Assembly: GCA_965112155.1 (NCBI GenBank)
Contig: OZ218103.1
DNA length: 64,000 nucleotides
Source: Podarcis liolepis
Taxonomy: Eukaryota
Reading direction: 5' to 3' (one strand)
Below are positions 1 through 12,249 of the stretch, piece by piece. Within the stretch, counting starts at the first letter, position 1; the number at the start of each line of letters is the position of its first letter. The position numbers and the translations under genes were made by a program. The notes beneath the pieces are model-generated. The model was given only the letters and a program-made list of their open reading frames with translations, did not search any database and was not told the origin of the DNA.

Positions 1-30
1 CTTCATGCCTCTTACTTGTCTGGATAGAGA

Positions 31-34
<4 letters not shown>

Positions 35-78
<44 letters not shown>
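35..78. repeat. (GT)22 microsatellite
   Basis: Direct read. Confidence 0.97.
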
Positions 79-81
<3 letters not shown>

Positions 82-1185
82 AAAACAAGCCTAGCGTACA
101 AAGCTAAAAATTACATTAATTGCCCCACCCACTTTTGCCTTTGTCACCACGTGGTTCCTGGAAGGTTGCCTAGAAGTGAATGAGGCCCTCAGCTGAACAT
201 GGTTTGCCACCCTGACTTAACACTAAGTATGCATTTTAAATTTGTTTTAATATATACAGTATACAGTTATGCTCCATGGTTCAGAAGCACACCAGAAACT
301 TATTAACATGGCCAGAAAAGAAATGAAAGGATTGAGGCAGTAGTGGGTGTGGAAAGGAGAAGAGCAGAAATTGATGGTTGATCCTCCCACCCCAAAACAC
401 CAAAGCAAATTTTCTGTGACCCCCGAGTGGAGCAATTTGGAGCCCAATTTCCTCAACTTTTTGGATTATCTCCATATTGGACAAAGTCAAATTTACAGGG
501 GAAAGCATAGATTTTTGTGTTATTTGACTGCACAAATTAAGCAACCACACGGTAAATTCTGTGTGGACAAGCCCTTAGTCTCTCTGTGGAACACAATACT
601 TACACATGCTACTGAGAGAGAAAGACAGGACAAATACATCCACTCTCCACCCCAACAATGAGATGTGATTGCATATGTGAATACATTTTGGCAAAAGTTA
701 TGTCTGCTCAGCAAAGGATGCATCCCACAGCTCAGCATGTGAGAGTCTGTGTTCTGGCAGAGGGAATGTGATCGCCAGCAATGGTTCTTTCTTGTGGTGA
801 GTGCTGCTCTCTTCTGGTGAGGGTGCATACATGCACTGTCTGTCTCTGTTTGCATAAAATTGTCCAGGAAGTTATTGTGATTTTTCTATCTCTGCAGTTT
901 CTTTCTCCAGGCAGGAAGGAAAAGATTCTGCTGAAAGCTTACTGAGCACGTAACCTGACACAGAATGTTCCCTGGATAGTGTGGTACCTGCAATGAGCAT
1001 GTGGGTCTGTCTGTCTGTCTGTCTGTCCATCATGGGTACAGTGAAGAAGTATGAGCAAAGGGAAATAATTATTCTGCATCAAATTGTTTTTACTCATATG
1101 TACAACTAAATACTATTTGTGGTAAGCAAATGCTACTTTCAGTATTGATATCAACATATGGAACCCACATTGATAGGGTAGCCAT

Positions 1186-1365
1186 CATAGGAGCCAACTC
1201 CTAGGGGCTGAGGTCTCTTCGTGCCCCCCTAAAATATTTCAGGGGCTCCCTGCCAAGTTGATGGGCATTGCCATTCAAATGGTGTGTGTGTCTCATGTCT
1301 TGTGATTGATTATGTGGGGAGGGGCTTACCCGGACCCCCCTATTTTATTCAAGTTGGCACTCCTG
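1186..1365. mobile_element. Old non-autonomous hAT-like MITE
   Basis: Imperfect TIRs CATAGGAGCCAACT / AGTTGGCACTCCTG, flanked by a degenerate 8-bp TSD gtagccat / gtggctat. Confidence 0.55.
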
Positions 1366-1544
1366 GTGGCTATGTGTCCTACTTTACAGAGGATGCTCCT
1401 CTATTTCCCACCCTGCACTCTTAATTACACCTGGAAAAGAACTGGCAGTCAGTAAAGTTGGAATAAAATCAGAGTGACATGATACGCCATAAAACTGACT
1501 CTCATAAAAAGCCTCATAACTTCAGTTTGAACCAGCTGCATTTT

Positions 1545-1740
1545 TGGGATGTTTTTTGAAAGCAGCCCTATATAGAACACATTGACATCTCAGTGTAACT
1601 AAGGGATGTGTTACCCTAACTAGTTTTGCTTTTTCCAGAAATCAGTGCAACTGGCATGATAACAGCTGGGCAAAAGTAGTCCTGGCCACAACAGCCATTC
1701 AGTAACCTAAACTAAAGCACTGGATCCAGGAGTGCCCAAT
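1545..1740 (-). mobile_element. Degenerate L2-type LINE fragment
   Basis: Resembles the reverse complement of the L2 ORF2 C-terminal region (…agcagcccta…cagctgggcaaaag…ggatccaggag). By-eye recognition only. Confidence 0.4.
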
Positions 1741-2219
1741 TGCAGAAGTCGGCTGCAAATTACTGCATAGACTCTGTGAGGAGTCTGCCCTCCTCCCCTC
1801 TCTCAGTTAACCACTGTCTCTTCAAATTATTGCATAGATTTTCCAGGGGGTCTGTCCTCCTCCCTTGGATTTTTCTCCTCCTTTGATGGACTACAGCTCT
1901 CATCACATCCTTTGCCTTTAACACAGATACTGGGGAATAAATTGTTTTGTCTGCTTAAATCAGACTGGATGTGTTTGATTTGGAGCTATTCTATGGAAAT
2001 ACCACTAAGATCACTTGTGGGAATAAATATTGTACGAAAATGCCTAACTTTTTTAAAAAAGGAAAACAGTTATGGCGATCATCCAGTTTAAGAATTTATG
2101 CAGCGTGCGTTAAGGGGAGGACGGAAAACATGCTGTAAGATGTTACAGGCGCAGTAGCATTCCCTGCTTTTACCTATATTGTAAAATGTAGCTTCAACAT
2201 ACAGGCAGCCTTACTTTTT

Positions 2220-2850
2220 AGTAGCGATGCTCTGACATCGACTGAGGGGCGTTGCCTCTGTTTGCCATGTTTGTATAGTGATAATCGCATCAGAATTTGA
2301 CGCAAACAAAGCGATCGCCATCTGCATTCTACTTTAGTGATATTAGTTTTACGGCTACTCTCCACCCTGTACTTTATCGTCAAAATTTTAGAAAGTTTTT
2401 TCCACTTCAAGCAGGGAAACGGAACCAGCAAGTTCGAACTCTTGACGCTAGCCGAGCCACAACTGGTGTTGCACGTTCGGACCCAAGTGGGAAACGATTC
2501 TCGGATAAACGGGGACCGGAAGTAGTACTGGGATTCCCGTATCGGCGCTGCACAACCGGTGTCCGCTGCTGCTGGTTTAGGGTTGGTAGCGCGTGAAAGG
2601 AAAGCGTGAGGTACGGGGGAAGGGAAATGGGAATGTGCGTGGGGGATACGCTGGGAATTGGCACTGAGTAAGAAACCGTGAAGAGCGGGAAACTTGAGGC
2701 GCGCGGAGTTGATATACACGGTGTGGGGAGCCTGGGGACATTTGAGCGGGCTGCAGCGTATGTGGAGGAGAGCTGGGGGATGTATCTTTCATTAGTATCC
2801 GGTGTCTTTTCCCTTGGGGCTCCGGAACTCCAGAGCTACCATAGGAAAAA
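2220..2850 (+). promoter_or_regulatory. DMAP1: CpG-island promoter of DMAP1 with ETS/GABP site ACCGGAAGT (2515-2523)
   Basis: Sharp local rise in CpG density ~2.3 kb upstream of the first coding exon, a perfect ETS motif and no obvious TATA box. This is typical housekeeping-promoter architecture. Boundaries are approximate. Confidence 0.75.
2530..2610 (+). other. DMAP1: Probable non-coding first exon of DMAP1 (start approximate)
   Basis: The first coding exon has its own acceptor 8 nt before the ATG, so an upstream exon is required. A donor-like GAG|gtacgg sits at 2610/2611 just downstream of the ETS site. The TSS is not determinable from sequence. Confidence 0.5.
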
Positions 2851-3057
2851 GTCCACGCCAAAACATCATGAAAAACATATATTTGTCGAAATGTAACGCT
2901 ATCTCAATACTATTCCAGAAATATTGTTCCATTCATAATGCAACAATTCAGGCCGAAGATTGAACTCCCGAATTCCAACTAAGGCTGCCGTCCCAGCCCC
3001 ACATGCTTGGGAGTAAGCTCCATTGAGATTAGGAGGACTTCTGTCTGGGTAGACATA

Positions 3058-3299
3058 CAGTGGTACCTCGGGTTACATACGCTTCAGGTTACATACACTT
3101 CAGGTTACAGACTCCGCTAACCTAGAAATATTACCTCAGGTTAAGAACTTTGCTTCAGGATGAGAACAGAAATCGTGCTCTGATGGCGCGGCGGCAGCAG
3201 GAGGCCCCATTAGCTAAAGTAGTGCTTCAGGATAAGAACACTTTCAGGTTAAGAACGGACCTCCGGAACGAATTAAGTACTTAACCCGAGGTACCACTG
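3058..3299. mobile_element. Tc1/mariner (Tigger/pogo-like) MITE, 242 bp
   Basis: Perfect 18-bp TIRs CAGTGGTACCTCGGGTTA / TAACCCGAGGTACCACTG with a TA target duplication on both sides. Internal cttcaggtta subrepeats. Confidence 0.92.
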
Positions 3300-3932
3300 T
3301 AGTTAGGATTGCACTTGACGTTCTTATCAGGGAGCAGCGGGGTGATCTAAACTGCAGCCAGGCAGTAGTGGGAGAGTTCAGATGGGCAGAGACACTGCCT
3401 CCTCTGCAGCCCTGTTGTTCACAGTGGCTTGGGCAGAAGGCAAGAGGGCAGGCAGAAACCTGCTTTGGGAACTGCTATAGTTTTCAGGTCCGATGCCAAC
3501 AAGTGACTGCAGGAGTGGACAAAGCAGCAAATAAAGTCCATGTTATTGTGTGGGATATCTTTAGGCTCGTTTTTAATAACAGGGGTTAAGGTTTGTGCAC
3601 GTATATTTCAGTGGCCCACTTTGCACATCTCATTATACCATAGCTTACAGCAAGTAATGGTTTAATGTGAAAGAGCAGCATCCTGGTGCAAATGGACAAA
3701 AGTTCCCACAGCACTCCTACCCCATTCCTACCAGTGCTGTGCTGTGGATATGGCTCTACACAAAGCATGAGTGTACCTAAGATTTGCTGTGGTCACCCAC
3801 TCATGTTTCATTTGGAGAGGAACAAGCCACGAACCCAGGTTTGGATCACATAACTAGCCAGACCGTGACTTGTTTTGTCTGCAGTGCAGCAGGAACAGAG
3901 TAGGAGTGCTGTGAGAATGTTTGAGCACTTGT

Positions 3933-4029
3933 AATGGATGTAGCCAGGATTTTTGTGGTGGGGGCAGGCCTCAGCTATGTATTTTTATTGATTTAGAGGG
4001 GGCAGCTGCCCCCCTTGGTTACGCCCATG
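3933..4029. mobile_element. Short hAT-like MITE
   Basis: TIRs aatggatgtagcca / tggttacgcccatg with an 8-bp TSD gcacttgt / gcatttgt (1 mismatch). Confidence 0.6.
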
Positions 4030-4949
4030 GCATTTGTTCACTTTAAACTATAGTTTGTTTTAAACTACAGTTTAATGTGACAAGCAAACCAGGCCAGTAT
4101 CCCCTTGCTAATGCTTGTCTACCTCCATATTTTAGAATAGTTGTTTATAAACAGAATTTTATAAACAGAATTGTTTGTTATGATTTCTTAGTCAGCTTCT
4201 TTTTCTATTTTATGTCGCGTCTGGGCCTGGATACCATTATATAATGGACAGTGGATGCAAAGGAGCGCTTTTATTTAACTCTTGCTAATCAAGTTTGACA
4301 CCAGGCATGTGTGTAGTCTACTAAAATTTCTAAATTTTGGTTTGGCTAGATTACATAGATGTGACTATGTTTATTTTTTCCCCTGCTTCAGAGATTCAGG
4401 TTTTCAAATAATTTGTCTGCTTCTTTTGACATAGACTGTTAGGAGGGAATGGCAAGAAGATTGATTTGTAGATAGACTTGTAGTGATAGAGATAGCGAGG
4501 AGCAACCATAGTAGACACAGACACATAGCTGACACGAAACGTCCATCCCCTTGGGGCAGTCTAGAAACCATGTTCTAGGATTCTAAGTCTTTATCAGATG
4601 CTGCCTGTGCTTTTCACATAATGCCAAATATCAGGTTCTGCAGTTTGGTGGAAAACACATGGGTACATGGAATAAACAAAGCTCTGGTCATTAGTCCCAT
4701 GGGTATAAAAGTTTCATGTGCCTGCCAAGACTGTTGCAGGTGCTTGTATTTTCTGTAAGTTAACTGTATGGAGAAGAGAAATAAATTCCTAATATGTAAG
4801 TAAGTAGGTAAGTAAGTAAGTAACAAGCAGTCTGTTGTATGTAGAGGGAGTCAACAAATTTCGCAGCTAATTTTGTGAAGGCTAGTCTGTATCCTTTTGG
4901 CTTTTACTTAATTTTTAATTATGCCTTGCTTTTTATTTCAGGTGACAAA

Positions 4950-5051
4950 ATGACTACAGGAGCTGATGTCCGGGATATATTGGAACTGGGGGGCACAGAA
5001 TCTGAGAACATAGGAACTATTAATAAAAAAGATATCATCAATTCTGATAAG
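4950..5051 (+). CDS. DMAP1: DMAP1 coding exon 1 (MTTGADVRDILELGG...KKDIINSDK)
   Basis: Matches the vertebrate DMAP1 N-terminus. Acceptor ttttatttcag at 4941 (exon starts 4942), ATG 4950 with A at -3, donor AAG|gtacaa. 102 nt, ends in phase 0. Confidence 0.96.
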
Positions 5052-6076
5052 GTACAAAAGGGGTGAGGAAAGGGATAGGAGGAGGAGAAGCTTTGTGCTT
5101 GTAATTCTAAGCTATATGCATGCAACACGATCTTCTTTTTTGGATCTTGCCAGCATGATTGCTGCATACAGCAATATTGTTTACCCTAATCTTGAACAAG
5201 TTGTGAGACTACTCCTCTTAAAAAATAGAAATAAAAGATCAGATTATTTTTCTTTTTTGACATATAACACCTTTTCCAGCATCCTCATTCTGTGCTGTCC
5301 CTATAGTTCTGCATTTGAGTGTCTAAAAATTAATATCTCTGTACCTGCTGGTGAAAGCAATGTGGTATCACTTATTTCAATTTTGTTTAATCTGTATACA
5401 GCATAAAGCTGGAGTGCATAATTTGAATGTCCTTTTTGGGCATAAGGAAAATAGCAATCCATTCTACTTTTGGTAATGATATTTACATTTTGAATAATAT
5501 TCTTTACACTAGGATTTGCAGGGTCTCAGGATACCTCTCAGGCTATATTCACTGAAGGGCTCCTCTCTCTTGCTTTTTGCTGCTTCCTGTTTATATTTGT
5601 AGCATTGTTTACATTGTTGAGTATAAAAGAGAATCACACCTGCAGCAGAATGACAGAAATGTGGAGGGATGGGAGAATTAGGGAAAGTTGGCTTGTCTGC
5701 GGAACTTTGGGAGGTCTGGTTGACACTGCAGGTATTTTCTGTCATCAAATAGAAATTGTGCTATCCTCTTAATCTTCACCTCCAGAATGTTCCTGCATTT
5801 TGAGAACTATGAGTAAAGTAGGAAGTGAAGACTTTGCAGGGAAGCAAAATACAAACAACATCCTCTTGCTGCTCATATGTTTTTGTACCAAGAGTTTAAG
5901 CTTGACTAAAGTTAGATCAATAAAGCTGGATTGTGATGTTTTGAGGCATTGCATACGAGAGAACAGATGCAATCTGTCAGATGTAAAAATCAGAATAAAC
6001 AGAGACTGATGCTTATACTCCCACATAATTTTGGTGTTAAGATTGCACAGCCTTTGATAAAAACCTTATTTTTCAG

Positions 6077-6168
6077 AAAAAATCCAAGAAGTCATCGGAG
6101 ACCCTCACATTTAAGAGACCAGAAGGAATGCACCGGGAGGTCTATGCTCTGCTGTACTCTGATAAAAA
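6077..6168 (+). CDS. DMAP1: DMAP1 coding exon 2 (KKSKKSSETLTFKRPEGMHREVYALLYSDK)
   Basis: tttttcag acceptor, AA|gtaagt donor, conserved KRPEGMHREVYALL motif. 92 nt. Confidence 0.96.
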
Positions 6169-7555
6169 GTAAGTTTTGTTACCTGGATAGTTGGTGTTTT
6201 CCTTAAACCAGCCTCTCATCTCCTAGGTATTTGGCAGGTGAAAGCCTTGACAAGTCTGTTCTTGAAAATTTACTTTCTCCAGCTTTTGATAGTGTTTTTA
6301 CCTTTAGCCCCTTCCTAGTATCTATGACTTGCTCTACTGGAAGTGCTGTTTCAGCATTTTTTATCTCCATGATCTAAATGTGTGAAGCCCTTTTGTGATA
6401 TGTAAAAATTTCAGATGTTGAGGGCATGGAACTCTCCTTTTAAAAAGAATGTTGGGAAATACTGAACTATTTACTGTCTGGAAGAACTATAGTTTTTGAT
6501 TCTGAATTTGGGTTCATGAACCTTAGACAATGGAAAGTTCACATGAATTGTAACAGATTTCTCAACTCTCACATGCTGTTTTGTTCCTTGAATTTATCTG
6601 TATTTTCAAACTTTCACCTGTTTGTGGTAGAAGATGAAGGAGAATCAGAAGCAAGTAAGGGGCAAGATATGTCAGAGGCTGGATTGTAGGAAGGCCGTGC
6701 TATTATGCCTTGCCTGAATAATGTTTTAGGAGCACTATGCTTCGTGGATTCCTAGATTGAATGAAAGAAGCAGATTTTCTGTATCCTGCAGTATTTGAAA
6801 GTGCATAACAGGAAACCGTGGTTTTTCCATTATGAGAATGTGCTGTGATTAGCCTTTAGCTTGTATTTAACTTCTAAGAGGTCTCTTCTTTGCTATCAGG
6901 AAAAGTGACACCTTAGAGGTGATTATAAGACCTACTTTTTGGTTTTTTTGGTTGGCTTTCTCATCTTTTGTAGAGGAACTGAACAGATGGGAATAAATGG
7001 TCGCTAGAGCTAACCTTGCTGCCCAGTGAGCCTTTAATGATCCCACCAGCTCCATCTTTTATAGCTTCAAGCAAAGAGGCATCCTATTCCTGAAACATAC
7101 TTGTTCTTGGGATCTGTCCTAGGAGATCTTTGGACATGCTCTTTTTTTAAGGTCTAACAGTTCCATTTGTCCTTTTTTACACTTCATGCCAGTGAACATG
7201 AGCAGCAATTTGAGGAAGTGGAAAACCAGGCTCTGTGTCAGCAGCAGCTGCAAGCAGATCTGCTACTAGCCAATGCACATCCAGGCTAAATAATGGGGGT
7301 GTGGGACTGATTGCAGACTCTGTACCTCACTGGCCTATGTTCACATAAGAGACTAATAAATTGTGACCCTCTTTGGTCTGTGGAGCTTTGGGTTGTGTGC
7401 TGAGTGTGTAAGATCAATCTACAGTATACAGAATTGCCCTGGCTTTACACTGATCTTTAAGCATTCCTCAGAGATCATAGAAGGGGATTAAATATGCAAA
7501 ATGAGCCTCATGCAGACAGTAGGTTCCATTAATTTGTACCTTGTCTTTGTTTCAG

Positions 7556-7751
7556 GGATGCACCTCCCCTTCTTCCAAGTGACACAACGCAGGGCTACCG
7601 CACAGTTAAGGCAAAGCTGGGATCTAAGAAAGTGCGGCCTTGGAAGTGGATGCCTTTCACCAACCCTGCTAGGAAGGATGGGGCCATGTTTTACCACTGG
7701 AGGAGGGCAGCAGAAGAGGGCAAGGATTACCCTTTCGCCAGATTCAACAAA
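7556..7751 (+). CDS. DMAP1: DMAP1 coding exon 3 (DAPPLLPSDTTQGYRTVKAKLGSKKVRPWKWMPFTNPARKDG...DYPFARFNK)
   Basis: gtttcag acceptor, AAA|gtatga donor. 196 nt, in phase with neighbouring exons. Confidence 0.96.
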
Positions 7752-7809
7752 GTATGAAGGATTGATCAGAGCTTGTATTAAGTATGAAGGCTTGAACAGA
7801 GCTTGTGAA
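7750..7809 (+). repeat. 30-bp tandem duplication overlapping the DMAP1 coding exon 3 donor
   Basis: aagtatgaaggattgatcagagcttgtatt followed by aagtatgaaggcttgaacagagcttgtgaa. Confidence 0.9.
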
Positions 7810-8663
7810 ATGGGAGTGAGTGGATAAATTTGTGCCAAAGTATCTCAAAGGACATCTCCAAATACCCTCTTTCTTTCACTTGCTATCTCTAGGGTTAATT
7901 CCCATATCAACTTCAGAAGTGTAAGACTGATTCTGGTATCACAGGACATTAAACTCTGCAGTATTCTTTAATTTTTTTAAATACTTGAGTCCTGTGGGGC
8001 ATGTGCTACTTATCAGTGTCCACACAGAAAGTCCTGATTTGGAAGGCATCTAAGTAACATTGGGTAGTGCCTCAAAGTTAGCATGAAAAGGTCACAAAAA
8101 GTTAGCTACTTTTCACTTAGGAGCGTGCAGGTGTGAACACACACACAAACACACAAAATTATGTAAGGTCAGATTGGCAGATGAACATCTGTGGCTGTTC
8201 ATATCTTTAGTCTAAGGAGATAGCATTGAGTAAAGGTGCAATTGCCCCCAAGATTGAGGGGGCCCGCCATGTGTGACATCACATGCAATGTTGCATCGTC
8301 TGGAGGAGACTAAGTGCTCTGAAGGAACCGGCCACTAAAGCTGCGCCACATTTGGCTGTGTGCTCAGCCTCCTCTGCCCCGTAAACATTGGGGGCCCAGC
8401 ACTGAGTAACAGATAAAACAAATGGATGGAACTAGCGGCCCCCATTTTATCATTTGGGTGGCAGCAAAGATGGGATGTGGGAAATAAAGCTTACATTTTG
8501 AAGTTACTTGTTATTGGGGCATAGGAGAGGGCAACTGGATTTCTTTCCTGTGAAATCATGGGTTTGTTTTACCTCAAAGTAATCCTGCTAGATGAAACAA
8601 TTCTGCATGAGGGGGAGCATGTTGTGCCAACCGTCTCATTCAGTCTGTTCTTTCCTTCTGCAG

Positions 8664-8822
8664 ACAGTGCAAATTCCAATTTACTCAGAACAGGAGTATC
8701 AGATGTACCTTCATGATGATGCTTGGACCAAAGCTGAAACCGACCACCTCTTTGACTTATCCAGACGGTTCGATCTTCGCTTTGTGGTCATTCATGACCG
8801 TTATGACCACCAGCAATTCAAA
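8664..8822 (+). CDS. DMAP1: DMAP1 coding exon 4 (TVQIPIYSEQEY...WTKAETDHLFDLSRRFDLRFVVIHDRYDHQQFK; SANT/Myb-like domain)
   Basis: ttctgcag acceptor, AAA|gtaagt donor. 159 nt, SANT-domain sequence. Confidence 0.97.
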
Positions 8823-9169
8823 GTAAGTACCTGTCAGCTAATACCGTCTACAGTAAAGTTGCCATGGTGCAGTTTGTTGAATAAAACTTATTTCCAGTTT
8901 AAGGATCTGCAGACATGGACAATGCAGTGTGCTGGTTAAAATAATACATGCCTGTTAAGGGTTCCTGAATTCTCTTCCTGAAGTTTTGTGTGAAATATTA
9001 TAAGCACCAGCTGTGTTGGGTAAGAGACTTACAAAAGCAAGGGAAAGCTGGGTTGTTAAGCTCTGAGAGGCATCTCAACAGTGTGTATTTGAAGGTGGGA
9101 TGCCTAGGACACAATAGGGATTCTGTTGGTGTACTACCCACCCTGTCACTCAACAGTCTCATTTCTAGC

Positions 9170-10135
9170 AGGGGTAGTCTTGGCGTTGGACTCCTCTCAG
9201 CTTGTTGTGCTGGAGAACTTCAACATTTATGCTGATGCCTTGTCAGGACTGGCTCAGGTTTTCATGGCTGCCATGACAGCCATGAGTCTGTCCTAAGTAA
9301 TCTGGCCCTACCCATGCTGCAGGGCACATTCTGGACTTGGTTTTCTGTGCTGGATTGAATTATGGTGATCTTAGTGTGGAGGAACTTTCTGTTAGTTCCA
9401 CTGTCATGGACTTGCTGCAGCTCATAATCTTAGTGGGTGTGTGGGTGTGATTAAGATAGTCCACCCTAGGAGGCAAGGTATCTGGAGTGTGTGTTGGCAT
9501 CTCAGATCATGGATGAGACAGATTATCTAGATCTATTTCAATCTGGTTTCAGGCCTGGTTATGGGAGAGAGATGGCTTTGGTTGCCTTGGTGGATGACAT
9601 GCCAGGAATTGGACAGAGGGAATGTGTCCCTTTTGGTTCTTCTGGACTTTTCAGCGGCTTTCAATACCAACCTTGGATGCCTTGTTGGAATGCAGCTTGG
9701 AGACACTGTTTTACAATGGCTTTGTTTCTTCTTGGAGGGGTGAACCTAGAAGATGGTGCTGGAGGACTCCTGTTTGACACATTGGCTGTTGACCTTTGGG
9801 GTCTCTCAAGGTTGTGTTCTGTCCCCCATGCTCTTTAACATTTACATGAAACTGCTGTGAGAGGTTGTCTGGAGTGTTGAAGTTCAGTGTCACCAGTATG
9901 CTGTTGACACCCTGCTCTATTTCTCCTTTCCACCTAAATTCAAGGAAGTTGTCTTGATTCTAAACTAGTGTCTGGCATCAGTGATGGACTGGATGAGGGT
10001 GAACAAATAGAAACTTAATCCACACAAAACAGAGGTGCTCCTGGTCAGTCAAAAGGCTGTGCTGGATGGAGTTGTACTCTCCCTGTAGACATATGTTTGC
10101 AGTTTGCGTGTGGGTGTGCTCCTTTATTCAGCCCT
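9170..10135 (+). mobile_element. Decayed L2-clade LINE (endonuclease remnant plus reverse transcriptase)
   Basis: Frameshifted RT motifs YLDLFQSGFRPGYGREMALVALVDD, LLVLLDFSAAFNT, SQGCVLSPMLFNIYMK and HQYAVDT (degenerate YADD). Internal deletions. Confidence 0.88.
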
Positions 10136-10755
10136 GGCCTCTCTCGTTGGGAGCCTCCCTTACTCCAGCAAAGGAACAATCAGCAACCCACTTTAAGCTC
10201 CCAGTAGCTCCTTTGAATCCCCACCCTTATTTTCCCTATACCTGACGTTATGTGCAAGGAGAAGAACTAAGTTGATTAAGCTAGAAAAAGAATTTTAGGG
10301 TTTCTACTGCTGGGTAACTGATTAAGTGAGGTGAGATGGAGAGTGTTAGTGAAGATGTTGCCATGGAATCAGGGGACATGGAACAGAGGATTTTGGAGAA
10401 TGGCTATATTTTAAATGAAATTGTATTGGTGAGGGAAAATCCCAGAATATGCAGTCCTGTCTTGATTTGTGATTATTGAATGAAGAGCAACAAAGCCTTG
10501 TATGTAGCATGGGACCACCGTCTTGTGATACCTAGGCCTGGATACTACTGCCCAGAGAGCGATAAGTTATTAGATGCTTTGCAGATACTGGAAAGAAATA
10601 AAACTATTTCCTGTGATAGAGTTCACTAATTGGCGCTAATTACAATCATTTTCCTAACATTTCTCTGATGCTTTGTTCACGTTGCATAACTTTAAGCTAT
10701 TTTTTCATGGTGTTAGATTTCTTTAAGCTCAGTTGTATCCTTGTTCTCTCCTTAG

Positions 10756-10923
10756 AAGCGGTCAGTGGAAGATTTAAAGGAGCGCTACTATCACATCTGT
10801 GCCAAGCTGGCCAACATCCGTGCTACCCCAGGCACTGACTTGAAAATCCCTGTTTTTGATGCTGGCCATGAAAGGCGCCGGAAAGAACAGCTAGAGAGGC
10901 TATATAATCGGACACCAGAGCAG
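10756..10923 (+). CDS. DMAP1: DMAP1 coding exon 5 (KRSVEDLKERYY...RRKEQLERLYNRTPEQ)
   Basis: ctccttag acceptor, CAG|gtaatg donor. 168 nt. Confidence 0.97.
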
Positions 10924-12063
10924 GTAATGTCAGGAAATGTTGCAAGGCAGCCTGGCCTCATATTATCTTACACTGGATCTGTAGCAATAGCTCATCATTT
11001 CTGGGTAATCCCCAGTGCCCTTCAGGGCTGCTAATGTGACTCCTGTTGGAGGTAGCAGTAGGTGCACCTCCCATCCTTTAAGCGTGATTTATCAAGTAAT
11101 AGGCATACACATATTAGGTGATCAATGTGAATAAAGGAATAACTACTAGAAAACAAAGTGTGTTAAAATATGTTTTATTTGAGTTTTGTCTGAGAAGGAT
11201 AGAAGCGTAGTGCTGATTACGCTTGTCAAGTTCTATCTGGATTTCAGACAATGCATTTAGCATATTTTTCTTTTCAGTAATGCAGTGGTGTCCACACTTT
11301 TTTCAAAGAGGGCCAGATTTGATGAAGTGAAGGGCTGTGAGGGCCGACCAAAGGGCCAACCAAAGTTGTTGAGCATTTTGGACATGTCTGCACTACTGTA
11401 TGGGTACTTGCATTACCTGGATAAAAACAGTTGCTTTCATGAAACATTCTGGACACGCCATCATTTTGTAGTTCGTATTTTGTAGCTCGTAGTTTGGTGC
11501 TGAAGGTGCTGGCAGCAACTGCCTGATCTGGTATTGGCCGAGAATGTTAATAAACATTCATATTTCTGAGGAAATGAAACAAAGTGAAAGGTAGGTTTGA
11601 CTGTGTTAAACACACCCAGAAAGCTCTGTGAGCAGGAGTATCTGTGAGGGTATATAGCAAGGGCAGCCTGTGTGCTGAAAATGGGGGAAGGGGTCAAGAA
11701 AGGAAGGGACTTGTAAATTATGTGTGGTGGAAGAAAGTGAGACTGTGAAGAGCCCTTATATAGGCAGGAGATACGAAAAGAGAGACAAATAGATAGTGAC
11801 ATTAACAACGTAGAATCTATATACTATAGCCTGCTATATACATAGTGAGAGCTTTGGAATCTGATTGGCTGTGGTATCTAGTGTTTCAAGGCTTCATGAG
11901 CCTTTAAAAATTGCTTGGGTAAGAACATTGTACTATTTGTTGCTGCTTTTGTCTCTCTAGTAGTATATAACTTGGCTCCCAGAAAACCACAGGGCAGGTG
12001 AAACCCAGGCCAGAAGCACAAAAGCACATTGCTTTTCCAGTCATGTTTCCGTTTCACCTGTAG

Positions 12064-12249
12064 GTGGCAGAGGAGGAATATCTAATCCAGGAGTTGCGGA
12101 AAATCGAAGCCAGGAAGAAAGAGAGGGAGAAGCGAACACAAGACTTGCAGAAACTCATCACCGCTGCTGACACCACCACTGAACAAAGACGTGCAGAGCG
12201 CAAGGCACCCAAGAAGAAGCTGCCACAGAAGAAAGAGACGGAGAAGCCT
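12064..12249 (+). CDS. DMAP1: DMAP1 coding exon 6 (VAEEEYLIQELRKIEARKKERE...KKETEKP; coiled coil)
   Basis: cctgtag acceptor, CCT|gtaaat donor. 186 nt. Confidence 0.95.

Noticed and set aside
2174-2719. 181-aa antisense ORF over the promoter (possible head-to-head gene)
   Set aside because: Starts at a non-ATG codon and has no recognisable homology. Stop-poor GC-rich islands produce such ORFs by chance. I found no downstream exons in 1-2100.
3058-3299. Short internal repeats resembling a CRISPR-like array (also 63416-63611)
   Set aside because: These are subterminal repeats of TIR/TA-flanked MITEs in a eukaryotic intron. There is no regular spacer structure and no cas genes.
9491-9838. RT-like ORF as a possible domesticated gene or retron-like system
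   Set aside because: Frameshifted and stop-ridden L2 LINE remnant with a degenerate catalytic motif.
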